Shown here: positions 31,242 to 43,091 of the stretch, in pieces
How positions within the stretch are numbered: position 1 is the first letter of the stretch
Layout of the letters: each line of letters starts with the position of its first letter
Assembly: GCA_030167865.1 (NCBI GenBank)
Contig: JALAGF010004004.1
Location: forward strand, 1 to 48,133
Length of the DNA: 48,133 bases
Reading direction: 5' to 3'
Origin: Craspedostauros australis
Lineage: Eukaryota
The notes under the pieces: generated by a model
Seen by the model: only the letters and a program-made list of their open reading frames with translations
Told to the model about the DNA's origin: nothing
Database searches by the model: none
Translations under genes and position numbers: made by a program

Positions 31242-33221
31242 TCAGTAATCATCTAATCCGTACGGGTCAAAATCATCCAAATTCTCATCTTCAAATCGTG
31301 CGAACATGGAACTGCTCGAGGCTGTCACGGGTCGGCTGCCAACCATAATGTCATCATCATCGTCGTCGTCGTCATCATCACCACCACCGGGGTTCAGGTT
31401 CGTCATCATGCGGGCGTTGCTCGATGGATCTTCGTCACCGTAAAGCAGATCAAACAAGTCTCGTCGTTCCTCGCGTAATCGATCCACGCTGCCATCGGGC
31501 TCCTTTTTCTTCTTCTTTTTCTTGGCCGCAGCCTTCTTCCGAGGTCTGGATTTTTTGGCGGCGACCACCAATTCGGGGGATGCGCCGGCGCCATTTACTT
31601 CAATCTCCGTCGGTGCTGCTGGTTTGGCCTTGCGAGCCGTTTTCTTCTTGCGCACCCTCTTTCGTTTGTTGGCGGCAGCACCGTTCGGTGACACCGACGT
31701 CGCTCCTGCTGCGCGCTGGGCCACCTCCATCGGCGTGATAGCATTGACGAGGGTGATGACCTTCTTCTTTTTCTTTTTCATCTTCTTCATCTTCTTCCTT
31801 TTTTTCTTGGCAACACTGCGCTTCTTTCGTGGCACCTTTGGTCGCATGAGGCCGAGACGCCTCTGTTCCTCTTGGTGCTTCGAGATGGCATCCAGGGTCT
31901 TTTGTCGGTAATCCTTGTCCTGCCACTTGGCCTTCATGGCGTTGGAGATCTTCTGACGATGCGCAGCTGAAGTTCCTCCACTTGGAGCCCGCGCCGACAT
32001 CTTCTCCATCATCTTGGCGCGGAATTCCGGGTCCTCCCATTTCTTCTTGAGGGTGTTCGATATCTTCTTGCGAATCTCAGGGGTGGTGTTCGACACTACC
32101 GTTTTGTTCTGCATCAACTCTCGGTATTCGGTATCGGTCTTCCATTTGTTGCGCAGCGCTTCCGCTATTTTCTGCTTGGTCTCGGCGGTGTGCGTGAAAC
32201 CGCGGCGGATCTTGCTTGGGTCGACCGGTTTGCGCTTGATCTCCCCGTTGGCGTGCTTTTCCTTGAGGATTTTGGAAATCTTTTGCTTCGTCTCCTCCGT
32301 GGGTCGGTACCCACCCTTGGCGGTCCGTCTGGCACGGCGTTCGGCATCCTTTCGCCTTCGATCCTCCTTCTTTTTGATCTCGTACTCCTCCTCCGTGAGG
32401 CCCAGATCCTCGAGCTTCTTGAGGAATCGTTCGCGGTTGCGCGCACGCACGCCCGCGGCAATCCTTGCCTTCGTCTCTTCGCTGCGGCCCTTTCCCTTGT
32501 TCCACGGGACCTTGCCTTTGTTGGCCGCGCTGATTTTGGCCCTGCTGGCGTTGGTGTGGGAGAAACCCCCGTTTTCCGTCGGACGTGGAATGTCTTCAAT
32601 GTCCGGAATGTTGGATGGCGCAATCTGATCCATGATGCCGCCATCGAGAGATTGGCGTTTCGCCGCCACGTCGGAAGTGTCCGCGGTGTCATGTTTGCCG
32701 TTGATGGAGCTACCGTTGATGGAGCTACCATTCATGGAGCCACCATTGACGGAATCACCGCTGGTGGCCTCGGTTCCTCCCTGCTCCATTTGCGGTGAAT
32801 CCAGATAGGTGGTGTCCAAGCCCGCGCTGTCGAACAGCCTGGTCTGATACGCCGATCTGTATGCAGCGAAAGACGACGACGGCGACAACGGCGACAACGA
32901 TGATGCTGATATTGGCGCTACTGCCGAAGCAGAGGAGGGAGTTCCTATCCGTTGGAAGGCCCAGCACTGGATGTTGCTGGCGCTGTCCCTTCTGCAGAAG
33001 TAGGTGCCTCCATTGCCCCGCAGTTTCGGCTTCCACAACGAAAGCGCCCTTCCGCTGTTGAGGGAGAATGTGGAGACCAAGGGAACGGTGCAAAGCAGGA
33101 GCAGCAGCGAAGTGGTGGCATCCGGCAGGCGTCGTTTCTGGCGCCTCTCACGACGGCAATTGCGCCGAACCGGTTCTGTGGATTCCGAGGAAGACATCGC
33201 GCCCAATTGACTTTGCCTCAT
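31242..33221 (-). CDS. NUMOD3-repeat basic protein, probably plastid-targeted
   Basis: Hydrophobic LLLLLCTVPLVST-F (ASAFAP-like cleavage) followed by a Ser-rich transit-like region. NUMOD3-type repeats: HTNASRAKISAANKGKVPWNKG, RSEETKARIA, PTEETKQKIS, HTAETKQKIA, TPEIRKKIS, SAAHRQKIS. Confidence 0.8.
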   Translation of the reverse strand: MRQSQLGAMSSSESTEPVRRNCRRERRQKRRLPDATTSLLLLLCTVPLVSTFSLNSGRALSLWKPKLRGNGGTYFCRRDSASNIQCWAFQRIGTPSSASAVAPISASSLSPLSPSSSFAAYRSAYQTRLFDSAGLDTTYLDSPQMEQGGTEATSGDSVNGGSMNGSSINGSSINGKHDTADTSDVAAKRQSLDGGIMDQIAPSNIPDIEDIPRPTENGGFSHTNASRAKISAANKGKVPWNKGKGRSEETKARIAAGVRARNRERFLKKLEDLGLTEEEYEIKKKEDRRRKDAERRARRTAKGGYRPTEETKQKISKILKEKHANGEIKRKPVDPSKIRRGFTHTAETKQKIAEALRNKWKTDTEYRELMQNKTVVSNTTPEIRKKISNTLKKKWEDPEFRAKMMEKMSARAPSGGTSAAHRQKISNAMKAKWQDKDYRQKTLDAISKHQEEQRRLGLMRPKVPRKKRSVAKKKRKKMKKMKKKKKKVITLVNAITPMEVAQRAAGATSVSPNGAAANKRKRVRKKKTARKAKPAAPTEIEVNGAGASPELVVAAKKSRPRKKAAAKKKKKKKEPDGSVDRLREERRDLFDLLYGDEDPSSNARMMTNLNPGGGDDDDDDDDDDIMVGSRPVTASSSSMFARFEDENLDDFDPYGLDDY

Positions 33222-34451
33222 GGTGGAGTGGCAATAGGAGGCTGCGTGGCTGCTCCAATCGGTGCTTCGGTCTGTGCTCGATTTGATGTTGGCAGTGGAA
33301 TCGTGATTGTATTGGTATTCAGGATGGGAAAGTCGATGGCCGCGATGCGATGCTGTGGTGATGGTCTGCCTTGTCTATCCTTGCCTTTCCTTGCCTTTCC
33401 TTGCCTGGCTCCACGTGTTCTTTGATTGCCGGAGAGGGTTCCTTCTTGCTTGGTTTCTTGCTGTCTTGGCTGCTTGCTGTCTGGCTTCTTTTGTTCCTTG
33501 TTTCTTTCGCAGCTCGGTTGATTGGCTCGCACCACCGCAGCGCACTCACTGCCAACTGATCGGGACTTCGATTGAGTCGGAGAGGTGGAGCTCTATCGTC
33601 CAAGAACGATGACAGCGACGATGACAACGGCAATGAGAATAATGAAGCAAGGTCCCGGCACAGAAACCAGAGTAATGGTGGATCGCGTTGCCTGGCGTCG
33701 TCTTCTTTCGTGGCCACACCTTCTTGGTCTGATTTGGGATGAATCAGATCGTCTGTCTCTCTGTCTCCATTTTTGCGCGCGAGGGGCACACCAAAACTTG
33801 ATGGCATCTGCTCCTCCACGCAAGGTGGGTACGGGCACCTCTCGCATTACTCCGTGTTGTTCTGGGCCTTTGATGGGTTCTGAGGCTCGTTGTCTTGCCC
33901 TCACTGTTTTCGTCCGAAGAATTTCGGATGGTGAGCGTGTGACGCAGTTTGATTCGTTTGTTTCATTAGCACACGCACCAAATCATGAATAGGGCGATGG
34001 CGGCAGCGACTTTGGGTCGGACTATTCGGAAGTGGAGGCATCTTGTTTCGCGAAGTTCGTGTTCCACAAAAATAGCAAAAGGCGAACGCAACGATCGACA
34101 ACACGGGAAGGAAACACGAACGAGGCGCCACGAACAAATTCCACAAAACCATGGCGAGACACGGAGATGTGATGGCGGCATGGTGGAGCTGTTCTGATGG
34201 CTATCGTACATGTACTATGCACCATGCTCCATGGGAGCAGAAAGAAAAGGAACTCACAAGAACGACAACAACAAACAAGGAAACGAGAGAGAGACGCCCA
34301 CACGCCCGACAAAGCAATTGCGAGAGCGGGAGAGATAGCGATCTAAGGACAAGCGGCAAAGTGAAAATTTGATCCAAAGGAGGAGCGGCTGGCTGCGGGT
34401 GGGCGTCGTCGTAGGAGATCACTGCGTCTCGCAGGAATAAGAACGCAAACG

Positions 34452-35767
34452 ATGGTAGACGCTGCAGCCAGCAGCGACAACAAGGACAGCAACGGCGGCT
34501 CGGAAGCCGTCAAGGAGAACAAACCGCGGGACTACAATCCAAGATGGCGGGGCTACCTGTGCATGGCGCTCAGCAGCCTCATTAACTTCGCCTCCATCTC
34601 CAATGTGCAGGCTGAAGAAGCGAGTGGTCTGGGTATCGCCAGCATGATATTTGGGATCTTCACCTTCTTCCTCACCCTCACGGTCCTCACTCTCGATCGG
34701 AGCCAGTGGTTCGTGGACAAGTTCAGCTTCAACAAGGCCTGGGATGGCAAACTCGAAGGCTACACCCTCCTGTTCAACACGATTTGGTGGGTGGTGGGGT
34801 AAGTCCTCCTTGCTGTGATCGTGCGTTCCCTCGTTCAAATTCATGCTTTTCGCACACTCTGCACCTGTACATTATGACATCACGGCGGAGTGCGTGCTCG
34901 TTCGAAGGGAGTGCGGTATCTCGCTGTTGACTCAACTATCCATTGCCTCCCATCCAACAACGTAAACCACGGAATGCGAAATACGGACTGCGCAACAGAG
35001 TTGGGTACACAACGCAAGTCAACGGAATCGCGTACCGAGCATTCAACATATACTTCTCTTCGTGGCTTTGCCTCATTGGAGCAGTGTACACGCTCAATAG
35101 ATGGTCGGAAGACATGGACGTTCTCTCGATTTCGGAACTGACGGGGCTTTCAGCGACTCTCAAGACGTGGTACACGCTCTTTCTCGCCAGCCTCGTCGTC
35201 TTGGGCACCGCCTGCGACCTGCATCGGTATCTGGATTCGCACAACAGGAACGACGCGTCCTTCGGAGTTGCCATCGGCGTCATCTCCACCATCACCGCGG
35301 CATTTTGGATCTTCGTGCATTACGACTTCTTCCCGCAGGTGGAGGAAGGCGGTTGGCTGGAGCTTTCGACCAGCTTCTTCCTCATCCTGCTTTGGGTCGT
35401 CTCCGTCGCCATCATGACGCAGGACGAGGGCATCGCTGCCACAGTCACAGGAACGCAGCTTGGCCAAGTGCGCAGCAACTTGTTCAGTGAGAACAATTGC
35501 ACGGTGTACGTGGTTGCGTTCATCGACAACAAGGATCAGTCTGTAGAGATCATCGACTGCGACCTGTTCCCTCGTCAAATCCCCGGCTCCAACCTGTACT
35601 TTGCGGCCTGGATATGCTTTCTTGCGTCTGTCAACATCACGTTCCGGTGGAAGGCGGCGCAGGCAATCCAATTTGCGCATGCGCAGCAAAAGAGAGCGCA
35701 GGACAGGGTCAATCAGATAGAAGCGAACAGCGACGACGAAGCTGATGACGTGCTCGACGATGTCTGA
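34452..35767 (+). CDS. Multi-pass membrane protein with an internally duplicated 4-TM (MARVEL-like) unit. Exons 34452-34798 and 34999-35767; 371 aa.
   Basis: Phase-2 intron 34799-34998 (GTAAGT...CAACAG) joins WWVVG to VGYTTQ. About 8 TM helices. Repeated motifs AFNIYFSSW/GSNLYFAAW and KLEG/WLEL. Confidence 0.8.
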
Positions 35768-36412
35768 GGCAGCAGCAGCATTAGTACTTAGTGTGCTATC
35801 TGAACTCTCGTGTGCCATGCGCCTTCGGAGCATTCACCACTCTAGTTCTCTCCGAGTGCTCAAGTGCGCCCCTGAAATGTCAGCTCCAACTAACCGAATG
35901 GAAAGTAACTGACTGATGTGATCGATAGTAAAATTCATGTTAATATAAACGTGGCAATCCTGTTCAATGCACACGTGTGCAATTCATTGGTCTTCGCGCA
36001 TTTCTTTCCTTCCTTCATTCGTTCTGTCGTCCTCTCTTTCTCCATCCCAATAGCATGCTTCCACCAATCTCCACTATCGTATGTAGCTATCATCATGGTC
36101 GCCATCGCCCTTGCGTTCGTTGCCGTGCTTGCAGTCGATATTGTCGCCAATAGCATCGGTGAGGCCAGCAGCACCCGCAACACCAGAAGAAGTAGCAGTA
36201 ACAGTAACAGTAGCAGTAGCAGCGACAACCACGACGGCGATACCACCATCGTCGTCATCCTGTACAACACAGCGGATCGCCAAATCTGCGATCCATCACC
36301 CTTGCGCAACACGAATCGACCGTACCTCGTTCCGGACAAGGCTGCGATGTGTTTCCGATCCGTGCTGCACAATGCCGGTTTGATTCCGCCATCCACGCGG
36401 TCATCAAGGCAT

Positions 36413-38765
36413 TTAGTTGTACTTCTTGAGCGATTGGAGGAGATCGGCACTGACCTCCTCCTTTGGAAGGACGCGTCCACCAGTTGGCTTTCCGTCGACG
36501 ACTCCCAATCCATTGGTGGCGGCGGCAGCATCAGCAGCTGGAGCAGCAGCTGGGGCGGGGGCGGCAACCTTCTCTGCAGCAGCCTTCTCATCTGCGGCCT
36601 TGTCGGCAGCTACCTTCTCTGCAGCAGCCTTCTCATCTGCGGCCTTGTCGGCAGCAGCCTTTTCATCAGCGGCCTTCTTCTCGGCAGCAGCCTTATCAGC
36701 AGCCTTCTCCTCAGCAGCAGCCTTCTCTTCAGCGGCGGCCTTCTTTGCGGCAATCTTCTCTTCCTCTGCCTTGACGCGTGCGGCCTCCTTCTCGGCCTTG
36801 ACCTTTTCAGCCTCGGCCTTGTCAGCGGCCTTCTGCTCCTCAGCCGCCTTCTTCTCGGCTGCTCGGGCCTTCTCTTCCGCGGCATCAGCCTCGGCCTTTG
36901 CCTTAGCTTCAGCAGCCTTTGCCTTCTTCTCGTCCTCAGCGGCGGCCTTAGCCTTGGCTTCTGCCTCGGCCTTTGCCTTCTCGTCCTTGGCCTTGGCCGC
37001 CTCCTTCTCTGCCTTGACTCTCTCGGCAGTGGCCTTGGCTTCGGCTTCAGCGGCCTTGGTCTCCTTGTCGGCGGCTTCCTTGGCGGCCTCATCGGCCTTC
37101 TTGGCAGCCACGGCATCCGTCTTGGCTTCGGCGGCGGTCTTGGTGGCCTTCTTCTCGGCCTGCTTGACCTCAGCGGAGAGGTCGAGGTCGTATCCGCTGG
37201 TGTCCTTGAACTTCTTGACAGCCTTCTTCTCGACGACCTTGGTCACGGATGGTGCGGCAGTCTGGGTGGTCTTGGTGGCGGCCTTCTTGGCTGGGGCGGC
37301 CTTCTGGACGGCTGGCTTGGCGGATGGGGCTGGTGCCTCGATGTTGGAGAATGGAGACGAGACGATGAGTGCCACGGAAGCAAGGGCACCTCCCAAAAAT
37401 CCCTGTTGTATGTATGGATGCGTGTATGGATGTATGCAGGTGCGGGTGTTGTCATGTTCGTTGATGTGTGGGTGTAAGTGCGAGAGAATGGCGTTGTTGT
37501 TTGATGGGTCAGACGAGGACATGCCACACGAGCAGAGTAGTGACGTATCATAGTATCGTGCATTATGCATGACGTGGATAGATATCGGCGGTGATTTGGG
37601 ATGAATGAATGTTGGTAAGATGCAGAGGAATAAATGAGCAGATGAGGAAGCGATGTGTGTGAGAAAGCGCTCCTGCTTTGTGCATGAAAGAGAAGGACTG
37701 CGTATCTGCACACTCGCTCTGGATTCTGCAGTGTGGCCTTCGGAGCATCATCGTGTGATATGTGCATGTTGTAGGGTGGAAGAGATATTGCGAGATCCGC
37801 ATTTCATGTTGCATGCATCCTTGTGCTGCTCGTGTTCAATCCATTGTGACAACGTTCATCACTGATTATGACGGATCGAGGTTGCCGTTCGCATCGCTCA
37901 AATGATTCGTTTCAATCAACATCAAGTAGAGTATGGTCCAGCAGAGTACAAAAGTCACTGGTCGCAGAGTACGGCGTGACAAGAAGAGCAGGAACAGGCA
38001 TGCTCGCAGTGACATTGACAAGGACAATGGGGGAGAACGTACACCTGCGGTGAGGAGGCCGCCTCCATCAACCTCCGAATCTCTGATCTTCTTCTGCTTG
38101 GCAGCCTCGGCGATGGCGATCTCCTCCTGAATCTTCTCACGTCGGGCCTTCGTGTTGGCGAGAAGTCCACGTCCGGCAGTGAGGGCAACGATTGGAGCGG
38201 CGATCAGCGGCGCGGCTCCGAGGGCAATTCCGGCTGGGACGGCAGCGGCATCCTTCTGCACTGGGACGTCCTTCTTTGGCTCCTCCTTCTTTGGTTCACG
38301 GGCTGGCTTCTTCGCGACGACCCTCTTCTCCTTTGGAGCTGGCTTTGGCGCTGGGGCGGCCTTGGCCTTTGGCTCAGCTGGCACATCGAGGTCGTAGGCT
38401 CCCTTCTTTCCGGAGGACTTCTTCTTCGATGGCGCTGGGGCTGGAGTTGGCTCAGGGGTTGGCTCTGGAACAGGGGCCGGAGCTGGGGTTGGTTCTGGGA
38501 CCGGCTCTGGCACAGGCTCTGGCTTCGGCGCCTTTCTTCCCTTGCGCTCCTTCTTTGGCTCCGCCTCCTTGGAGCTTCCGAAGAATCCCTTCTTCTCCTC
38601 CTCCACTGGCTGTGGGGCGAAGAGCTTCTCCTCCAGCGAGCTGAACTCGTTGGTCTTGGCCTGCAGGGCGGCGACCTTGTGGCCCACGAAGGCCCTTGGG
38701 CTTGGCGCGAATGCGGACGCGAACGGAGCGATGGCAGCGATGACGGCAACTTGGGAGAACTTCAT
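36413..38765 (-). CDS. Plastid-targeted protein with Pro/Glu/Lys-rich linker, two hydrophobic helices and a long Ala/Lys/Glu coiled coil. Exons 38765-38043 and 37402-36413; about 570 aa.
   Basis: Exact bipartite presequence MKFSQVAVIAAIAPFASA-FAP. Phase-0 intron 38042-37403 (GTACGT...CAACAG) fuses GLLTAG to GFLGGALASVALIV, forming one hydrophobic helix. KAAAEK-type repeats in exon 2. Confidence 0.8.
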
Positions 38766-39661
38766 TGTGTTGGTTTGTTGTGGTGTGCTGTGATGCGCTG
38801 TGATGCAGTGTGATGTGGTTGCCTGGTTGGGGTCTGTTGGAGGGTTGCTTGAGAGCTGTTGTGGCTGGGGACGAGTTCAGATGCGAATTCGAGAACGATT
38901 GCAATGAGATGCGATGGTGCAGATGCAGATGCAGATGCAGCTGAGTGCAATCTACTAGTCGTATTCCACAGCTACGACTACAGCAAAGGCAGTTGGATGG
39001 TGATGCGTGACCTGTAAGATCCTTCCGGACGCTGCTCTTCCTTCGTGCGTCTGTCTCTCTCCTCTTGACCGATTCCTGTTGATGGCACGCAACAATAGCC
39101 AACCGAACCCTTCTTCCGTCACTTTGGGTTGGGCCATGCGCAAGTGCGTGGGATCCAGACCGTCGCCATCGAGACTGACGACACCGCCAACCGCCGATAC
39201 AGTCACGGCGTTCACTCACGCGGTAAAACGCCGCGTAGGTGGTAGTTGAGCGTATCTTTGGCTCAACCAGATCCAGTATGTCCGTCATCCGGTGGTACCT
39301 TATCTAGGATATTGAGAGTACTTGTGTTGTAGTTTCTGATCATTTCGAAATGTAAGATAATGGTTAATTCACCGGGTGATCCCCATATGTCCTTCATGGA
39401 AAACGACAGAAACTCGTGCAAACGTGACACGAAGTGACACGCAAACACGTGACAAACACATCAACAAGTATCCGCACGCGAAAATCTGGGCACAGAACAA
39501 CCCATCACAGAACACAACACGCAACACAACACGCAACACAACACGCAACACAGCACAACACAGCACAACCCATTGCGAATACAGACTCTGTGGATACCCA
39601 CACACAACAAGACACCACACGATACGATACGACACCACACGACATAGAACAGAGTTGGACC

Positions 39662-41101
39662 ATGTCTGCAACGCGCAAGGAGAGAAGGGGCAGCGGGAGG
39701 AAGTCGATATCGAGCCGAACGGAGGCAGATCGCAGCGAGGTTCTCGTCGACGATCATGCGGACGGAGAGGAGAACGATGTCGTGGCTCCGCTCTGCACAT
39801 GCGGACATGGCAATCATGGCAATCATGGCCAGACGAAGAAATCGGGAGCGGCGCGCAATGGACGTGGGCACGCGGGGTCCAACCATCCGCCCGCTTCATC
39901 GCGCGCGGGACCATCGTGGCTGGAGTCTTCCTTCGTGCATCTTCTCGCACCGCCCAGCCACATGAAGCCTGGCTCATCGTCCACCTTCTCCAACTTTGAC
40001 GTGCAGACGCATCCGTGTCACGGGTATCTGGAATCGCACCAGCACCTGTCGCGGTTGCTTTCCGCGGCGACGGATCCCAATTCCACCGTGTCACTCTGCA
40101 ACGAATGCATCGATCGGGTCGTGGCGGCGCTGGAAGCGGACACGGAACGCTTGTTCACGGAGACGGCGGCGTATCAGGAGGCTGCCAAGGTCTCCAAGCA
40201 ACGCGCGAGGACCTTGGACACGCTCACGAGCGGATTCGCCGACCAACCGTCAATCAACGAGCACAAGCGGGACGAGGAGGATGGCACGCACTACGCGCAG
40301 AATACATCGCAGCAGAACACGCGCGATGCGTACGTCAGCGAGATACTCATGCTGAGGAACGAAGTCGAGGCGAGGGAGGCGGAGCTTGCCAACCTCGATC
40401 AGGTACACGGCGAGCAGCTGCGGATCAAGGAGCAGATCGATCTCATGGAGGAGCAGATGGGAGAAGATCTCAACGTGCTGGAGTGGCGATCCCAGACCTT
40501 CGATTCCTCCCTGCAGCTGCTCACGGAGGAGTGCTCGCGGATGAATGAGGAAATCGACCAGCTCGCCCACGTCAACCTCCCGCAAGCACTCTTCGACCTG
40601 CAGGTGGACGACCGCGGCCTGCGGTACCCCCTCATCAACAAGCTGCGCCTTGGTTTCTTGCCCAAGGGCGATCTCAGTTCGAAGGAGATACAGGTGGCGT
40701 GGTCCTTGGCCACGCAGCTGCTGCTCTTCGTGGGGACACTCCTCGATTTCAAATCAAAGGCATGGAAGCTCGTGCCTCTCACGGATTGCGCCAAGCTCAT
40801 TTACAAGAAGGAGATCTACAATCTGGTTCCCGGCAACTGCAGAGGATTGCTGGCCTTCAACGCCCTGCTCGATCAGGTCGTGCGGCATGCCAAGACGAAG
40901 GCCACGTCGATGCCGCCACCTCCCTTCCAGACGTCACCCACCTCCATCGGGTCCATCAACCTCACTACGCTCAGCCAAGCCGACAACGCCACCTGGTCCA
41001 AGGTCATCCATTGCATGACATCCAATCTCTCATGGTTGTCGCAATGTTCAGCTGAGCTCACGGCGCAATTCCTCGGCACCGTCGTCAAGTGCGTCCGATG
41101 A
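39662..41101 (+). CDS. ATG6: Beclin-1/ATG6/VPS30 homologue
   Basis: LCNECIDR, long coiled coil, then BARA/ECD motifs INKLRLG, EIQVAWS.ATQLL and WSKVIHCMTSNLSWL (compare INxxRLG, EINAAWG, WTKALKxxLTNLKW). Confidence 0.85.
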   Translation: MSATRKERRGSGRKSISSRTEADRSEVLVDDHADGEENDVVAPLCTCGHGNHGNHGQTKKSGAARNGRGHAGSNHPPASSRAGPSWLESSFVHLLAPPSHMKPGSSSTFSNFDVQTHPCHGYLESHQHLSRLLSAATDPNSTVSLCNECIDRVVAALEADTERLFTETAAYQEAAKVSKQRARTLDTLTSGFADQPSINEHKRDEEDGTHYAQNTSQQNTRDAYVSEILMLRNEVEAREAELANLDQVHGEQLRIKEQIDLMEEQMGEDLNVLEWRSQTFDSSLQLLTEECSRMNEEIDQLAHVNLPQALFDLQVDDRGLRYPLINKLRLGFLPKGDLSSKEIQVAWSLATQLLLFVGTLLDFKSKAWKLVPLTDCAKLIYKKEIYNLVPGNCRGLLAFNALLDQVVRHAKTKATSMPPPPFQTSPTSIGSINLTTLSQADNATWSKVIHCMTSNLSWLSQCSAELTAQFLGTVVKCVR

Positions 41102-41402
41102 TGCGTACATGTACCATACGGTACTCGCAATGACAATGGCACTGGCAACAGCGATGTCGGTGCCAAGATGCGGCATACCAGTAGCAATCGAGAAGGCGTC
41201 ATTTCGAGTGTGTCGCTGTTGATACTCGTCGAACGCATACTTGAGACGATAGACAATCAACCAGAATCTATTGCACTAAACTGTGCAAAGAAATGAAGAC
41301 TATTACACGTCGATCGTACTGTACCGACTACTCCACGAGTACGTATGAAGATGTGTGCTGCGCCGCCAATTCTTATGTGCACACACAAGCGCACCTTCTC
41401 TG

Positions 41403-42161
41403 TTATGATGACATTAGTCTGGATACCTTTTGCAAACTCAGCGCGTCGTGATACTGCTGGAACCGATATCCATCCTTGGCTCGTTGCCAGTCATCCCGCA
41501 GCCTATTGGCCATCGAGAGCAGGCACAATGCCTGCCATTCTTGCAAATCCGCCTCCAACTCTTCGTCCTCCGCGCCTGAAGCGTCACTGTCCTCGTTTGC
41601 GCTGTTCACATGGGTGTTACTGTTGCTCTTGGTGTTGCTGTTGATCGTATCATCCCGCCGACGGTTGGTCATATTTGCTGCATCCCAATCCAACCTCCAT
41701 CGCTGCGAACACGACGGGCGATCGACGACGTGCGGATGCGACCTCTTGCGCTTGTTGGCAACCAGGATGCAGGGATCATCGTCCGCGGGATGATCCCGCA
41801 CGCACGCCAACGGCGTGTTGGCGTAAATGTGCTGAATCCAGGAACCGTCGTGGGGTAGGAATCGGCATCCGCGTTGAATGGTCGGACGCAGCGATCTGCG
41901 AGCTCGTTTGCGGGGGAACCCGTGAAGCGTGGCCGTCGCACGGTCCTCGGAATCGGCAATGTAGCCGTCGGCGATGGCTTCGCTGGTCGGAGGATGTTGC
42001 GCGGCATCATCCGGCGAATCGCGTCCTGATGGCAGAGCGGGGTGCACGGTGGTGGATGGGGCGGAGCAACATTCACGTTGGTGCATCTGCTTCGTTGTGT
42101 GGTCACTGTGGCTTGTGACACCATCTCGCATCTTCATCGGGGCATCCATGATGATTCTCAT
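41403..42161 (-). CDS. Hypothetical protein (252 aa)
   Basis: ATG-started ORF after a CAG/CAA-rich leader, with an acidic helical C-terminus (EDEELEADLQEWQALCLL). No family recognised. Confidence 0.4.
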   Translation of the reverse strand: MRIIMDAPMKMRDGVTSHSDHTTKQMHQRECCSAPSTTVHPALPSGRDSPDDAAQHPPTSEAIADGYIADSEDRATATLHGFPRKRARRSLRPTIQRGCRFLPHDGSWIQHIYANTPLACVRDHPADDDPCILVANKRKRSHPHVVDRPSCSQRWRLDWDAANMTNRRRDDTINSNTKSNSNTHVNSANEDSDASGAEDEELEADLQEWQALCLLSMANRLRDDWQRAKDGYRFQQYHDALSLQKVSRLMSS

Positions 42162-43091
42162 TGTGGAAGACTAGTTGCCGAGGGTGTTGATGCTGACGAT
42201 GCTGACGATGCTGCTGTTGGTGATGCTGTTGGTGTTGCTGCGGCTGATGATTGTGATTGTGCTGTTGCTGCTTTGTGAGGAAAGACTCATGGGTGCTCCG
42301 ACCCCCTTCACCCATCACACGCCGCACGACGTTGCATGGTGCCAAGAGCGAAGAGTCAAGGGACCCGGCGAGCCGAAGACTACTCCACCGACGAACAGCT
42401 TCAAGACAAGTGTGGAACACATCAAGCGTTCCACACATCACACACCATGCACACGCACGAGAAAAGAAGAGAGGAATGGGTGGATGGAAGAATGATAGAA
42501 GAACAGGAACATCACAACGCAACCCGCTGTCTTGGGCAAAGGGAACTCGATGGGGTGGAACGAAGGTGAAGAAAGCGTTCGAACGGAGGTCCGCATAATG
42601 TGAGCAACGTGTGCGTTTGAAATGACAGAATCGAGGTTAATCAATGCGCACACGTACGATTGTCGCACCGAGGTTCTTTTCCGAACTACGACATGGCACA
42701 GTGCCTGAAAAGAACATCTGAAAGCGCCCAAAATCGACCCAATCGATTCAATCCGCCCTTGTTGGCAGTCGTGTGCAAAGTTGTGTTGTGGCGCACCTTT
42801 GCGAAAATTTCCCAACGCTCGTGACCTGACTGAGCCCTGTTCGCACCTTCGAGGCAACCACGAAACAAGAAAATGTGCTGTTTCCGGTTCCGAGAAAGCC
42901 AAAAATGGAGAAAATGGTCAGCCGCGCAGCTACGTGCGCGCGAAGAGGCGGATGCGGCGAAGGATAATGTGAGAGGATGTTCAGGTGGCGGTTGGGGGCG
43001 AGAGTGTGAGTAGATGGGGGGATGGGCCCGAAACGGCCTTCGGAAGCACCTCCGCTGGAGAAAGTGCCTTCGAAGGCACACAAAAATCACT

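Noticed and set aside
31242-33221. Homing endonuclease or mobile intron
   Set aside because: No GIY-YIG or HNH catalytic motif, no host gene or group I intron context, and it carries a targeting presequence.
35918-37553. Long plus-strand ORFs 35918-37477 and 36417-37553, and the poly-Leu minus ORF 35935-36591
   Set aside because: They are antisense or alternative-frame shadows of the AKE-repeat gene and of 3' microsatellites, with low-complexity products.
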